Part shown: piece after piece, positions 46,377 through 61,116 of the stretch
Numbering within the stretch: position 1 is the first letter of the stretch
Layout: every line of letters begins with the position of its first letter
Assembly: GCF_009914755.1 (NCBI RefSeq)
Contig: NC_060944.1
DNA: 64,000 bases
Direction: 5' to 3' (one strand)
From: the human T2T-CHM13v2.0 reference genome, Homo sapiens
Notes under the pieces: model-generated
What the model saw: the letters and a program-made list of their open reading frames with translations, nothing else
What the model was told of the DNA's origin: nothing
Databases searched by the model: none
Position numbers and translations under genes: made by a program

Positions 46377-46707
46377 GAGTTCATGTCCTTTGCAGGGACA
46401 TGGATGAAGCTGGAAACCATCATTCTCAGCAAACTATCACAAGGACAGAAAACCAAACACCGCATGTTCTCACTCATAGGTGGGAACTGAACAATGAGAT
46501 CACTTGGACACAGGGCAGTGAACATCACACACTGGGGCCTGTTGGGGGATGGGGGACTGGGGGAGGGATAGCATTAGGAGAAATACCTAATGTAAATGAG
46601 GAGTTGATGGGTTCAGCAAACCAACATGGCACATGTATACCTGTGTATCAAACCTGCACGTTATGCACATGTACCCTAGAACTTAAAGTATAATAAAAAA
46701 TAAAAAA
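46377..46707 (+). mobile_element. L1PA (about L1PA6-7) 3' end, 5'-truncated
   Basis: 3'UTR with AATAAA and tail; perfect 16-bp TSD taaaatgggatcctat at 46361-46376 and 46708-46723. Confidence 0.97.
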
Positions 46708-47730
46708 TAAAATGGGATCCTATAAATTATATACATTATTTTAAAACCCAAACATTCAGGTAAATAAAATGTAAAAAGCAGGATGGTATATATACGATAG
46801 GATGGCTTTAGGGAAGTCTAAATCAATAAATAATGCTTTATGCTCAAAAACAACTTTTACTTTATAGAATTTTTGTAAGAAAGAAATAAAACCACAAAAC
46901 TTTATTGTAGTATACTTAAAGGATTTAAATTAACCTAAATTTACATGAAGAAAAATATTTTATAGATGTTTTTCTGTATATACACATATAGATAAACTCA
47001 CAACTTTTTAATGCTTTTTTTCTTTTTAATTTTATTTTATTTTTCAACTTTTATTTTAGATTCAGGAAGTATACAGTTTCTTAAATAGTCATTAATCATC
47101 TGTGATAAGGCTGCAATGTCACTCTTAAGAATTCTGGGAACTCTACCTACAGAAGAACAAGTTTATCCAAATATGCAGAAACACAGACATTCACAATCTA
47201 ATAGAGCTATGTTAATAAGCTGGAGTAAACACTGAATTATCACACTAATTTTAGTGATTCCATATAAGCAGGGTCTGTTATGGAACTATATCCCGGAAGG
47301 GGCTAATAACTAAAGGACAAAAAGACCCTACACCCACAGAATTGCCTGACAGTGTAAAAATCAAGTGAAGAATCACTGTGAAATTCATTTTTTTAAAAAT
47401 CTAAATTTCAAGAAAGATGTTTTCATTTGTAAGTTTTCAATTATTGCATTGTCACCAAAAGAGTACTAAATATAGCCTAGTCATTGGTGGTACACAAAAC
47501 CTTAACTGAGAGTACAAAATATAGTCAAGACAGTAGTGGTACACAAAACCTCAATCTAGTGTGTAAACAAAAAGGTCAACATTAGAAGTAATGGTCAATC
47601 CGAAATATTTCAAAACCGCACACTTATTTTAGAGCCATTTGTTAACAAGAGCAAGTTCTACACATTCAACTGAGTGAACAGTATTGTTTTGATGGTGAAC
47701 ACCCTAAAGGAAGAAAAAGAGTGCCAGTAA

Positions 47731-48064
<334 letters not shown>

Positions 48065-48479
48065 CATAGTTAAGCTTAATTATCAATTTCTGGGATAAAT
48101 AAAAAAAAGAATCATTCACTTTCTTGACCCATCCAGCTGGGCTCCATCCCAGGACTCCTAAGCCCTGTGGTTGTTGCATGTTCATGTTAGTTAACGCCAC
48201 AGCTCAGCGAAAAAACAACTGATCTGGGGACAAGCAGGTCAACTTGCCAACATACAACATTAGTACATGTGGGTTCAGAGCACTCTGCATTTTTCTTTCA
48301 TATTCTAATTGTGACAAACAAGGCTATATAAGGTTTAAAATTTTGGCAAATGTAAATGAGGTTTATGGAAACAATATTCATGTCATGCCTGAAGAAGGAT
48401 AGTGTCTTCTACTAAAACCAGATTGGGATTTCATGTCATGAGACAAGTTTGTGTAGCAGTTCATCTACTGGCCCCTAGA

Positions 48480-50888
48480 GGCCACTCTCCATCACCCCTC
48501 AAAGATTTATGCCCCTGGCTGATATCCGTCCTGTCATAATACCTAGTTGACTTCATGGTGCATGGAGACTATCCTTCCAACTCCATGACTTCTCAATTTT
48601 TTTACCTCTTACTTTATTTATGTTAGCCACTCACTCCCTTTATCGTCCCCTAGTCTTTGTGATTTCCCAGTAACATCACCTCTTGCGTGAACCTCACTTG
48701 CAAGAATCTCACTAACCACCCCTAACTGCACAGTGCATACCTTCTGGTTCCCAGACTCCAACAACCTCCCTCCCAAGTCCTCATTTTGGCCCTAAGTAGC
48801 CAAAGTCCATAGTCCATCATTATAATTAATTCTCTGCAGAAACCATCAGCTAAATTGGTCTGCTCTTGCCCCATTATACTCACCTGACAAAATTCCAACC
48901 ATAATTAAATCTTACTCCATGCCTGCACCCATAAACCAAACTTTGCTGAAGATAATTACACTACCATGCTGACCATGCCTTCTTTAAATTCATGGTCACT
49001 ATCTTCAATTTGGACCCTTAATGCTGCCTGGCAATACATAGGCAAGTACTGACCTATACTTTCTTGTTTTTCCTCAAATTTCCAATATTTCCTCCTCCAT
49101 GGGAACTCTGCTGCTGTCTTTCCCTGGGAGAGACAGAAGCAGAAAGAACTTTCATCAGCCCCCACCACATCTTGATTCAAGACTTGCCTCCTGTTACTAC
49201 AGATGAATTGCTCATGCTCCTCCAAGGTCAATAGCTTCACCTGTTGACTAGGTCTACTGCTTCTTGCCTCCTCAGGGACCTTCACCTCTGCCCGAACACA
49301 CACATCATTAATTTGTCTCTTTCATGAATCATTGTCCTGTATTATTTGCTCTAACTTCTCATCTATAGAAAAACATACACATTTGTCTTCTATATAGACA
49401 AGAAAAAAACACTTTCCTCTCCAGCTACCACCCCATTATCTTCTTCAAGAAAGGAAAAATTCCTTCAAAGATGTGTCTGTACTCACTGTTTCCTATTTAT
49501 CTCCTCAGTCTCTTCCCTTACCCACTCACACTGGGATTTGTATCCCCTCCACTCCATCCAAACCTACTGTGAAAGGTCATCTATCACCACCACAGGGTGC
49601 TAGTCAGTGATCAGTTCCCCAGTCCTCCTCTTACTGCTCATCGGAAGAGTCTGACCTGCTGATCGTGCTTTGCTGCTTTCTAGCACTTACTTCACTTGAC
49701 TTTCAGGACTTCACAAACTCCTGGATTTTCTCCAGAAGCACCAGCCACTCCTCCTCAATCTCATTGCTGGTTCCTCTTTATCTCTTTACTTTACCTTTGG
49801 AATGTTCCAGAGCTCTTCAAGGTCTTCTTTTATCTGCATCGATTTTCCTGATCTCATATCATGTATCACTTTAAAATATCATCTGCACACCATTGATTCT
49901 CAAATTTATTTTAGCTCAGGCCTTATCCCTGAACTTGACACTTATATATGCAATTGCCTAATTAACATTTCCACTTGTTCATTTTATAAGCATCTTTTGA
50001 AACTGCTGATCTTTCCCCACAAGACTTATTCTTCCTGGAGGCTTTCCTAGATCAGTAAACAGAAACCTCATTTCTCTTCTTTGCCCAGGCCCAAAATCCT
50101 CAAGTCATCGTGACTCTTCTCTTTATCTTTCACCCTATATTAATTAATTAGCAAATCCTGTTAGCTTTACCTTCAAAAACTATCCGGAATCCAATCACTT
50201 TCCCATCTACCTCCATTACCCTGGTCCAAGCCACTACTATCTCTTAACTGAATTAGCCTAATAGCCTCCTATCTAGTCCGTCAGGTTCTACTCTTGCCTC
50301 CCAAAATCTATTGTCAGCACCCAAGCCAGAATGGCTTCAATAAAATGTAATTCAGGCCAATTTATCTTCTCAAAACTCTTCAAGGCTCCCATCTTATGAT
50401 GGCTTGCAAGGCCTTGCATGGCCCTTACTACTTCTTCCAGCTCATCCGTAACCATCCTTCCCCTTGCTCACACTGCTCCAGCCACACAGGCCTCCCTGCC
50501 ATCCCTCAGCCAACTCTAGACACATTGCTAACTCCTTTGCACATGCTGTTCCCTCTGTCTGGTACGTTCTTCCCTCCACTGGCCACATGGCTCTCTCCAT
50601 CACCTTTGGATTTCTGCTCAAATGTCACCTTCTAAGGGAAACTTACCCTGACCATGCTCAAAAACTGCAAGCTTCTCTCCTGCATTTTCTATCCACCTTT
50701 TGTACTTCATTTTTCTCTGTAGCTTTTATTACCATATGATAGACTAAGTTTTACCTATTTATTTATTGTCTGCCTGACTTGATAAAATGTAACTTCCATA
50801 ACAATATAGACTTTGTTTTATTATTCACTGTTGTATTTCTAGTGCCTGGCCTGAAACATAGTGTATGCACGAATCCTTATTGAATAAT
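48480..50888 (+). mobile_element. Long L2a (~2.4 kb)
   Basis: Pyrimidine-rich L2 body (ctccagctaccacccc, tccagccacacaggcctcc) ending agtgcctggc...ttattgaata. Confidence 0.85.
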
Positions 50889-50946
50889 AAGAAAATATAT
50901 GTTTTGGAGCCACCCCGATGGAAGGGCTCTCCAGGATTATCTAGGC

Positions 50947-51170
50947 CAGGAATTGGCAAGCTTTTTCCATAAAGGGCCAGGCAGTAAAATTTTCAGCTTT
51001 GTAGGCAATATGGTCTATGTCACAACTACTCAACTCTGCCATTGTAGCACGAAAGCAGTTATGGACTGTATGTAAACAAGTGAGTGTAGCTATGTTTTAA
51101 TAAAATTTTGTTTACAAAATCAGTTGGTAGGTGGGATTGAACCTGCAGGCCATAGTTTGCCAACCCCCAG
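50947..51170 (+). mobile_element. MER58A
   Basis: caggaattggcaagctttttccataaagggccag ... ccatagtttgccaacccc. Confidence 0.92.
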
Positions 51171-51309
51171 TGTAGGTTATTTCACTACATGAGCATTAAA
51201 GCCTTAATCACCAATTCTCCCAGAGTTTATTAAACAAAGTTCCCAACTTCCAGAGCTAGGAAGAGTCGTCCAGATCAAGGATCATCTAGTCCAACCCCTG
51301 AGGCAGACA

Positions 51310-51580
51310 GCAGATGTTTATACAACATTCATTCTTTCCATCGAAAAGAAGCCCCATTTTGTGGAGGAGACAATCATGTGTCCAGCTAAGAAATTGTTTC
51401 TCAGTGTCTCTGTAACTAGAGGGGATCATGGGACACAGTTCTAGCCAATAAGACACAAGGAGGCAGGACCATCAGAGACATTGTGGAGCTGGCACATAGG
51501 ACCTCTGGACATCTTATTATGAGAAAAAAAATAAATCTCTCTGGTTAATCCATGATATGTGGCTTCCAAAGAGAGGTTTT
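51310..51580 (+). mobile_element. MLT1J/K-like LTR fragment
   Basis: gggacacagttctagccaataagac ... gagaaaaaaataaatctct. Confidence 0.55.
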
Positions 51581-51684
51581 TAAAGAGTGAAATTAAGTCT
51601 TTGATTAAGCCACATAAGTAGCTTTTAAAGAGAGAAATGAATCACTCAAGATTTTAAAAGCCACTGCACTTGTACATTTCATTA

Positions 51685-51825
51685 TCCTGTAGTCATATGC
51701 AGCTATTTAGCATTTGAAATGTGGCTAGTACAACTGAGAAACTGAACTTCTAATTGTATTTAATTTTAGTTAATTTAAATTTAAATAGCCAGATGTGACT
51801 AATGACTGCTATATGGGACAGCATG
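51685..51825 (+). mobile_element. MER3 3' part
   Basis: ttgaaatgtggctagtacaactgagaaactgaa ... aatttaaatttaaatagccagatgtg. Confidence 0.85.
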
Positions 51826-53508
51826 GCTTTTGACTGTTAAAGAAAAGCGAAGTATAATAAGGCATGCACATTGATTTTGATAGTAGTTTGAAGGGCATGA
51901 ACCCTTTTTTCCTAAGCATGGTAAAAAGGAATAGCTGCCTTTCCCACATATCTGCCAAGTTCTTGCCCCACACCCAGCAGTGACCAGTATTTTTGGTTTA
52001 AAGATTTTCCAGGCATCACAAGAGATGTTGAGCTTATACATTCCTGTTCTCAAAACTTTAAATTGAATTTCTACATACTAACAGTGAACAATCTGAAATG
52101 GAAATTAATGCATGCTTGTTCTTAAAACTTTGAACTCGATTTCTATATACTAATAATGAACAAGTTGAAAAGGAAATTAAGGGGAAAAATCCATTTACAA
52201 TAGCATTAAAAAGAATAAAATACTTGTAAATAAACTTAACCAAAAAGGCAAAACACTTGTACACTGAAAACTATAAAATATTTTTAAAAATAAATTAAAG
52301 GTACAAAAAATGGAAAGGCATCTTGTGTTTATGGAGTACAATTAATATTGTTAAGATGTCAATACTACCCAGAATGATCTACAGATTTAATGCCATCTCT
52401 ATCAAATTCCCAGTGGCAATTTTGGCAGAAATAAAAACACCCATCCAAAAATTTACATGGAATCTCAGGAGACCCCAAATAACCAAAACTATCCTAAAAA
52501 AGAACAAAATTGGAGGCTTCACACTTCCTGATTTCAAAACTTAGTATGATGCCACAGTAACCAAAAGAGTATGGTAATGGCATAAAGACAGACATATAGA
52601 TCGATGGAATAGAATAGAGAGCCCAGAAATAAACACTCATATGTGTTTAATGATTTTTCAAGACGGGTGTCAAGACCATTCGATGGGGAAAGGATAGTCT
52701 TTTTCGATAATGATGCTAGGAAAAGTGGATATCCACATGCAAAGGAATTAAGTTGGACCCTTGCTTTACAACATATGCAAAAATAAACTCATAATGAATC
52801 AAAGATCTAAATGTAAGAGTAAAAACTATAAAACTCCTATAAGAAAACACAGGGGGCAAGCTTCATGACATTGGATTTGGCAATGACTTTTTGTATATGA
52901 CACCAAAAGCACAGGCAACAAATAAAAAAACAGGCAAATTAGATCACATCAAAATTAAAATTAAAAAGTTATTCTGTGCATCAAAGGACATGATCTATGG
53001 AATAACAGAAAATATCTGTAAATCACATATCTAATAAGAGGTTAATATCCAGAATATACAAAGAACTTTTACAACTCAATAACAAATCAAAGAACTAATC
53101 AAAAAGTGGGCAAAGGACTTCATACACATCTTCTCCAAAGATATACAAATGGCCAATAAGCACATGAAAAGATGCTTAATGTCACTAATTAATAACAAAA
53201 AGCAAACCAAAACCACAAAGAGATACCAACACATACCCATTAGGATGGCTACTATCAAAAAAAGAAAAAACCCAGAAAATAACAAGTATTGGTGAGGATG
53301 TAAAGAAATGGGAAGGCACTGTTGGGAATATAAAATGTGCAGCTGCTAAGGAAAACAGTATAGCAGTTCCTCAAAAAACCAAAACCAGAATTACCATACA
53401 ATCCAGGAATTCCATTTCTGGATATTTACCCAAAAGAACTGAAAGCAAATCTCAAAGAGATATTTGTACACCCATATTAATTGCAGCATTATTCACAACA
53501 GCCAAAGG

Positions 53509-53915
53509 TGTTATTCACAACGGCCACAGGCTAAATTGTATCTCCTGCTCCCCAAATGCATATTTTGAAGTCCTAATCCCCAGTATCTCAGAATATAGCT
53601 GTATTGGAGACAGAGTCTTTAAAGGCTTAATTAAGGTTAAATGAGGTCATTAGGATGGGCTCTAATCCAACATGGCTTGTGTCATTACAAGAGGAAATTA
53701 GGACACAGAAAACTCACAGAGGAAAGACCATGAGAAGACTCTGGGATAAGATGGTCATCTACAAGCCAAGGAGAAAGAGATCTCATTAGCAACCAATCAT
53801 GCTGACATCTTGAACTTGGACTTCTAGCCTCCTTAACTGTGAGGAAATAAATTTCTGTTGTTTGAGCCACCCAGTCTATGGTACTTTGTTATGGTAGCCC
53901 CAGCACACTAATATA
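53509..53915 (+). mobile_element. MLT1A/B solo LTR
   Basis: ttaaggttaaatgaggtcattagg ... aataaatttctgttgtttgagccacccagtctatggtactttgttatgg. Confidence 0.92.
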
Positions 53916-54301
53916 AGGAACAACCCAAATGTCCATTGACAGATGAATGGATAAACAAAATGTAGTATATACATGCAATAAGATATTTAGAAATAAAAAG
54001 GAATGAAATTCTGACACATGCTACAACTTGGATGAACCTTAAGGACATTATTCTAAGTGAAATAAGCCAGTTGCAAAAGGTCAAATACTACATGATTCCA
54101 CTTACAAGAGGTACCCAGAGTAGCCAAATTCATTAGGATAAAAAGTAGAATGATAGTTGCCAGGAGCTGCAGAGAGGAGGGAAAGGGGAGTTGTTTAATG
54201 GATACAGAAGTTCAGTTTTACAACATGAAAAGAGTCTGAAGATTGGCTGCACAAGAATGTGAAGATGCTTAACCCTACAGAACTGTACACTTATGGTTAA
54301 A

Positions 54302-54640
54302 GCAAGGCACTCACAGTGACTCATGCCTGTAATCCCAACACTTGGGAAAGCCGAGACAGGAAGATTGCTTGAGGCCAGGAATTCAAGACCAGCCGGGGCA
54401 ATATAGAGAGATTCCATCTCTAAAAAATAAATAATAAATAAAAAAGTAGCCAGGCATGGCTGCTCATGCCTGTAGTCCAAGTTACTTGGGAGGCTGGGGT
54501 GGGAGGATCGCTTAAGCCCAGGAGGTCAAAGCTGTAGTGAGCCATGATGGTGCCACTGCATTCCAGCCTAGGTGACAGAGCAAGACCCCCTTTCTCTCTC
54601 CCAAAAAAAAAAAAAAAAAAAAAGGAAAGGAAAAAAAAAG
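54302..54640 (+). mobile_element. AluJ
   Basis: AluJ diagnostics ttgcttgaggccaggaattc, gcccaggaggtcaaagctgtag. Confidence 0.95.
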
Positions 54641-54719
54641 GTTAAAATGGTAAATTTCATGCCATGTGTATTTTACCACAATTTTTTTAAAAAGCAGATG
54701 ACTAGGAACAAAAACAGTA

Positions 54720-55630
54720 TCATTACAGATCTATCAGAATAGTTAAATAAGAAATAGTGACAAACCTAGCAAAGATGTGGAGAAACTGAATCACTCGTAC
54801 CTTGCTACTGGGAATATGACTCCGGAAAACAACTCTGTGGTTCCTTAAACACCCAAAGACCCAGCAAACATACTTTTGGGCATTTATTGTCAAGAAATGA
54901 AAACTCATGCGAACACAAAAATCTGTACACTAGCACTCACAGTAATTAATTTATTTATAATACTGAAAATAAATTTATTTATAATACTAAAAAAATAGAA
55001 ACAACCCAGATGTACTTCAGTGAGTAAAAGGTTCAACAAATTATGGTGTGTCCACACCAGGGAATACCACTCAGTAATAAAAAGAAATGAACTACTGATA
55101 CACACCAAAACATGGATGAATCTCCACAGAATTTTGCTGAGTATAAAGAGACAATCCTAAAAGGTCACATACTGAATGATTCCATCTATATAACATTTTT
55201 GAAATGACAAAATTATAGAGACAGGAGACTATTGGTTGCCAGGGATTAAAGTCAGGGTGGGTGGGTGGGTGAGTGATAGTCAGGTGATGTGGTTATAAAG
55301 GGGGAACATGAGGGATTCTTGTGATGATTAAGGGGTTCTGTATCATGACTTGTGGTGAATACATGAACTCACACATGATAAAACTGCATAGAACTAAATA
55401 CACATACACACATGCACACACACAAACTACAAGTAAAGCTGGGGAAACTGAGTAACATTGGCAAGTTGTATCAATATCATATAGCCTAGTTGTGACATTC
55501 TATTATAATTCTGCAAGACATTAACATTAGGAGAAACTGGGTAACTGGTATATAGATTTCTCCATATTATTTCTTCCAACTGCATGTGAATCTACAGTTA
55601 AGTCAAAATTAAAAGTTTAATTAAAAAAAA
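54720..55630 (+). mobile_element. L1MC-type 3' end
   Basis: atgaactactgatacac ... aactgcatgtgaatctacagtt. Confidence 0.8.
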
Positions 55631-55888
55631 ACCTTCAAATTGGAAACCTGCACTGAATATTCTTCAGGTTAATATAAGGAAGAAAAATAAGCTAATAAAG
55701 TATATATTAAAAACTCACAAAAACGTGTGAAATCTTATTTTGAGCAGCTATATCACAAAATAAGACTTGCACGCCTTTATTTTGACATTGATGACAGCAA
55801 ACATGCAAAGAATCAGTAAACTTCAGTTTTGATCACCTTACATAAATCCAGTTATGTAAGTCCTCTTTAAAATCAAAAAGCCACCTCT

Positions 55889-56221
<333 letters not shown>

Positions 56222-56459
56222 TCAGGACATCATACTACTAAAATGTGGACATGACTATCTCATGAGGAACAGCAGTGGCAGCTCACATGTGTACAGAATT
56301 TTCTCAGTTTTTATAAACCTAATCTCATTGTATCAATGGTAACTTTGTGAGGTAGGCAAAGCAGACTTGTCTGTGCTTTTTTAAGCCACAAAAATGACTT
56401 CAAAAGAAAACTAAAAAATGTTCAACAAACATTGATACTACTTTTTCAAGTCAATTTTC

Positions 56460-56608
56460 CTATGGCTTTTTAAGGTTTCAAATCATCAGGGAAGCTGAAA
56501 AAGTAATACAATGAAGATTTATATATGCTTCACCTAGATTCTCATATTAACATTTTGCTACATTTGAGTTCTTTCATAGATATAGAGATGGAAATTAACA
56601 CACATACA

Positions 56609-56646
<38 letters not shown>

Positions 56647-56845
56647 CACACAAATACTTTTTTTTCCTAAGGCACTCGCAAGTAACTGTCAAATATTGCA
56701 ACCCTTCATCCTAAATGAAGACATCACCTGAACAAGGACATTCTCCTACCTAAACCACTATAATATTATCATGCCTAAGACTACAAATAGTAATTCAAAC
56801 TACCATCTATTAAAATTTCTTCAACCATCTTTAAAATGTCTTCCT
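56460..56845 (-). mobile_element. L1MC5-like 3' end containing (CA)n at ~56611-56644
   Basis: ttcacctagattctcatattaacattttgct; aacaaggacattctcctac. Confidence 0.7.
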
Positions 56846-57161
56846 AAAAAAAAAAAAAAAGCTAATTACTCCCAAATTATTTTGTTTAAAGTGTCATTGC
56901 TTCATAATTATTTGACCAAAGGAGCTAATTTTTACCTATAGCACTAGTTGTCAGTCAATTGGTACTTTGGTTGGATTCTTTAAATATTGGCTTCTATATT
57001 GATAACATAGTCATTTGTTTTGCATATTTGTCTCTAAATATTACAGAATATAAGAAGTTCTTTGGAACATTGTACATATTTTACAAGAAAAAGAAGGGAA
57101 GGAAGACAAACAGGATTATACCTGACCTTTTAAAAAAAGGTGCCCTAAAAACACATACACA

Positions 57162-57483
57162 CGGCCAGGTGCAGTGGCTCATGACTGTAATCCTAGTACT
57201 TTGGGAGACCAAGATGGGTAGATCAACTGAGGTCAGGAGTTCGAGACCAGTCTGGCCAACATGGTGAAACTTCATGTCTACTAAAAATACAAAGTTAGCC
57301 AGGCATGGTGGTGGGCACCTGTAATCCCAGCTACTCCAGAGGCTGAGGCAGGAGAATCGCTTGAACCCAGGAGGCGGAGGGTTCAGTGAGGCATTGCATT
57401 CCAGCCTGAGCAACAAAAGTAAAACTCCATCTCAAAAAAACAAAAACAAAAACAAAAACAAAAACAAAAAACAAAAAACAAAA
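57162..57483 (+). mobile_element. AluS with (CAAAAA)n tail
   Basis: Alu consensus; TSD cacatacacac. Confidence 0.96.
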
Positions 57484-59210
57484 CCACATACACACATTTA
57501 CAGCAAACACACTGAAAATTTTCCTAACAAATACAATTACAGAATTCCTAATCACAAATTCAAATAAAGCCTGCTACTTGATTTTAAGTGGTTTAAATGA
57601 CTAGAAATCTTGCTACTTAAAACAAACAAATAAAGATACTCTGAGCTTACCCAATTTGAAACTAAAAATCAACTCAGAAGTGTGGTAAAATACCAGAAAA
57701 TCACCAATGTCATTATGCCTCAGATAGACTATTTGAGAAGTATGCCACATAAGCTGCTCCCTGTTGATGCTAATGAATGGACTGGATTTTACCACATTCA
57801 TAAAATGTTAAGAATAACATTGTTTAATACACTTCATTCTTCTCTCAAGAATGTGTGGTTTTCACAGGCTCAAAAGTCATAGTTATTTTCAAATATCTGG
57901 TAGGTTTTAAAAAGTGAGATTATAATGAGGGGAAGCAACTTCACAACTATAAAAATCATCCTAAATTATGTTATGAGCATTATAATAATTATGGATTTAT
58001 TTATTCATCTAATCCACCAAATGCAGCTTAGGCCCTATTCAGACTAATTAGTCAATATACTGTGCAACTCAACCTTCAGTGTCATATGATTTAATTTCCC
58101 TTTGCTTCTTGCAACATTATAATTATGTGCTTTGAGTTTACCGTAACTAATATTAGTGGTTTTCCCCACATGCTCACAAACTAAAGGAAGAGACAAAAAG
58201 CTTTTTGATCACCTAATAAGTACCCTTAGGAGAAAAAAAATTTGCTAATATGGAGACAAGAATTTTTGGTTTTTTTATGTGTGTGTGTTTTTTTTTTTTT
58301 TGCATGAGATGAAACAAATTCCTTGTATGATTTTAATTACATCCTAATACTTCATAAACATCTTTTAAAACTCAATAAAATACCAATTGTGAATAGTTCA
58401 GCAGCTCCCAATGATGGGATGGCACTAACCTTTATAATCAAGTCCATGGTCCCCCAAACTGGCCACTTTTTAAAATCAAATAAATCAGTAGCAAAACAAT
58501 AGCTCTTTTTAACGTAACGCAAGATTGTTTACAGAGTTTGGGAGTTTGGTTTTTTGTTTTGCCTTTGTTAGTACTATGCTTATTATTTGCTTTCCAACCA
58601 AAAAATATTACCAAATTATTTCCAGTTATCAAAATTTAGTAGCTATTTTAAATGGCTTTTTGGTTTGGTTCCCCAAAGGCCTGGGTGAAGAACACATCTG
58701 TGGTAGATACAATCATCTCTGCTACTTAAAAAGCTCCAAATGTACAAAATGTATGAAACTTCCAGGCTCTAGAAGGCTTTCTTGCAAACAGGAAACCTCA
58801 GCCACAGGGAGAAAACCAACTTCCATTTTGAGAGCCCAAAATCCAAGAAGTTATTCTCTTGCTGCCAGCTACCCATTTCCACTGATTCCAGTAAGTCCAT
58901 CTTATTAGTCTGCTGCTGATCAATACTGTTAGTAATTTAATGCAGTAATAAAATTTTTTTCTTTTTCCTATTTGTAAGAAGAAAGGAAGAAGAGAAAAAT
59001 AATTGAACTTCCCACACACACTGACTCAGTATCATCCCAAGATAAAAATGCATCCACCATGTCAAAGAAGGTTAACTTCTGGGTTCTTTGGAAATTGTGA
59101 TGGTTGTTTCTCAGAATCAACATGTACTGAAAAAATCAAATTTAGTGTTAACTCAATATAACATACAGACGAACTATTTATTTTCAAATGACAGTTGTCC
59201 AGGTCAATAA

Positions 59211-59481
<271 letters not shown>

Positions 59482-60459
59482 TTTCTAAATGTGATTTTTA
59501 ATCATCCATTGTATCCAAGGGAAAAAAGTCTCAAATGTCTATTACCTTCAATAATGCCATTGAGTATTATCTCTCTAATCACTCTTCCTATTCTTCAACC
59601 TCCTGACATTCTGATACAAGCTACAAGCTTTCTGCGTCTTGTTTTAAATGAATTATTTCTTAAGCCTCAATTTAAAAAGGGGTAGAGGGGGGCACTCTGA
59701 GAGGTATTTCAGAGCTCACCATAACAACACCCCAGAAAGGGGCAAGCAAAAGGCATTCAATTCTACCATGAGCTTCCTAATGAATATTCTTGAAGGCTCT
59801 TATAAAACCGCATTCATTTTCTAAGTGACTGATATCCTTATAGAAATTTCCCATCTTTTCTTTTTCCTTTTATTCCCAATCCACCTACCCACTTAAATGC
59901 ATTCTATACATTTTATAAAACTTCTATACACTTAAAAATGTTCTGGAATTATACATATGTATCTTATGTCACAAGGAAAGAAAAATGATTTATTTTGCAA
60001 CTTTGTGACCCTCTGTAAGATGTACTCTAGTTAAACAAAAAAGAAGATAAAAATGCAAGGTATACATTTGTGTACTAACTTGTACACATTTTAGAAGCAA
60101 AGTTGATGGATATCAGTCACCTATTGACAAGATGATTTGGAGTCTAAACCATCTAACTTGTCCCCTTCTTCATCATTTCTGATCCTCTCTCTCTCCCAGC
60201 CGCTCAACAGAGTTCTTTTCTCACCCTGCCACTACACAAACTTCAGAGTTGACTTGTACCCTCTTAATGCCTAACCCCAAAAGCTTTTTCTGCATATTTA
60301 TTTACAACTGTAAATACATTGCAATCCTTTCAGTTATGAAACAAGATCCCTTCTATCTCTGGCTTCCAAATCACAAGTGTCCTTTTCTCTTCCCTCATTC
60401 TTTCTCTCTTTTCTATCCCCTTCAAAGGATACTCTTTTTCTAGCAATGGGGTTAAAAAT

Positions 60460-61095
60460 AATAGTCAGAATCTCTGCTCTCCTAGAGTTTATGCCCTGCT
60501 TAAGGGAGACAAACAATAATAACAAGTAAATACAGAATAAATCAAGAAGGGTTAAATAGAAACATAAACCAGAGTAGGAGGGCAGGAAAAGGAGTAAAAT
60601 TTTAGGTAGGGTGGACAGGGAAAGCTTCTTTGAGAAAATGACATGTGAGCAGATCTGGCCTTTTAGCTGAATCCTGCATATGGAAGTACCATAAATCATG
60701 GAAGACAACCCCAAGGTCTCAACTCCCCTCTCAAAGTCTAGTCCCACATACGGCTACTGACTATCATGTCTACAAATACCTCTATACCAACATGGTCAAA
60801 ACCAATGCCATTCTCTCTACATGTCCAATGTTTCAAATATGACATTCCTATAATTTCTTATTGGCATGTAATTCCATGTCCTTCAGAATCTAAACTCCAG
60901 CTATTCAAATGCCTCTTTCCCCACATCTGTCACATTTTATCAGCTATAAAGCCCCAGAGATTCTCTTTGAGAGTCTTTAGTACATGACCCTCCTTTCTAT
61001 CCAATCTAGTTCTATTTCTCTAATTGCCACTCCCTACAAATTAGTACCTCATCTCCAAGGTCTCCTTCCTCCAATCCATCCCACATCTTAGAATA
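60460..61095. mobile_element. L2 fragments in both orientations
   Basis: gggtggacagggaaagcttctttgagaaaatgacat (antisense) and a pyrimidine-rich sense piece. Confidence 0.55.
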
Positions 61096-61116
61096 AAACT
61101 GTATTTACTGAGTATA

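Larger units (their letters stand above)
52068..54690 (+). mobile_element. L1MB ORF2 end and 3'UTR with nested MLT1 and AluJ
   Basis: ORF 52323..52544 NIVKMSILPRMIYRFNAISIK...GGFTLPDFK; 3' end gtattttaccacaat. Confidence 0.92.

Noticed and set aside
47460-47557. CRISPR-like repeat-spacer pattern
   Set aside because: Two units only, spacers homologous, primate DNA.
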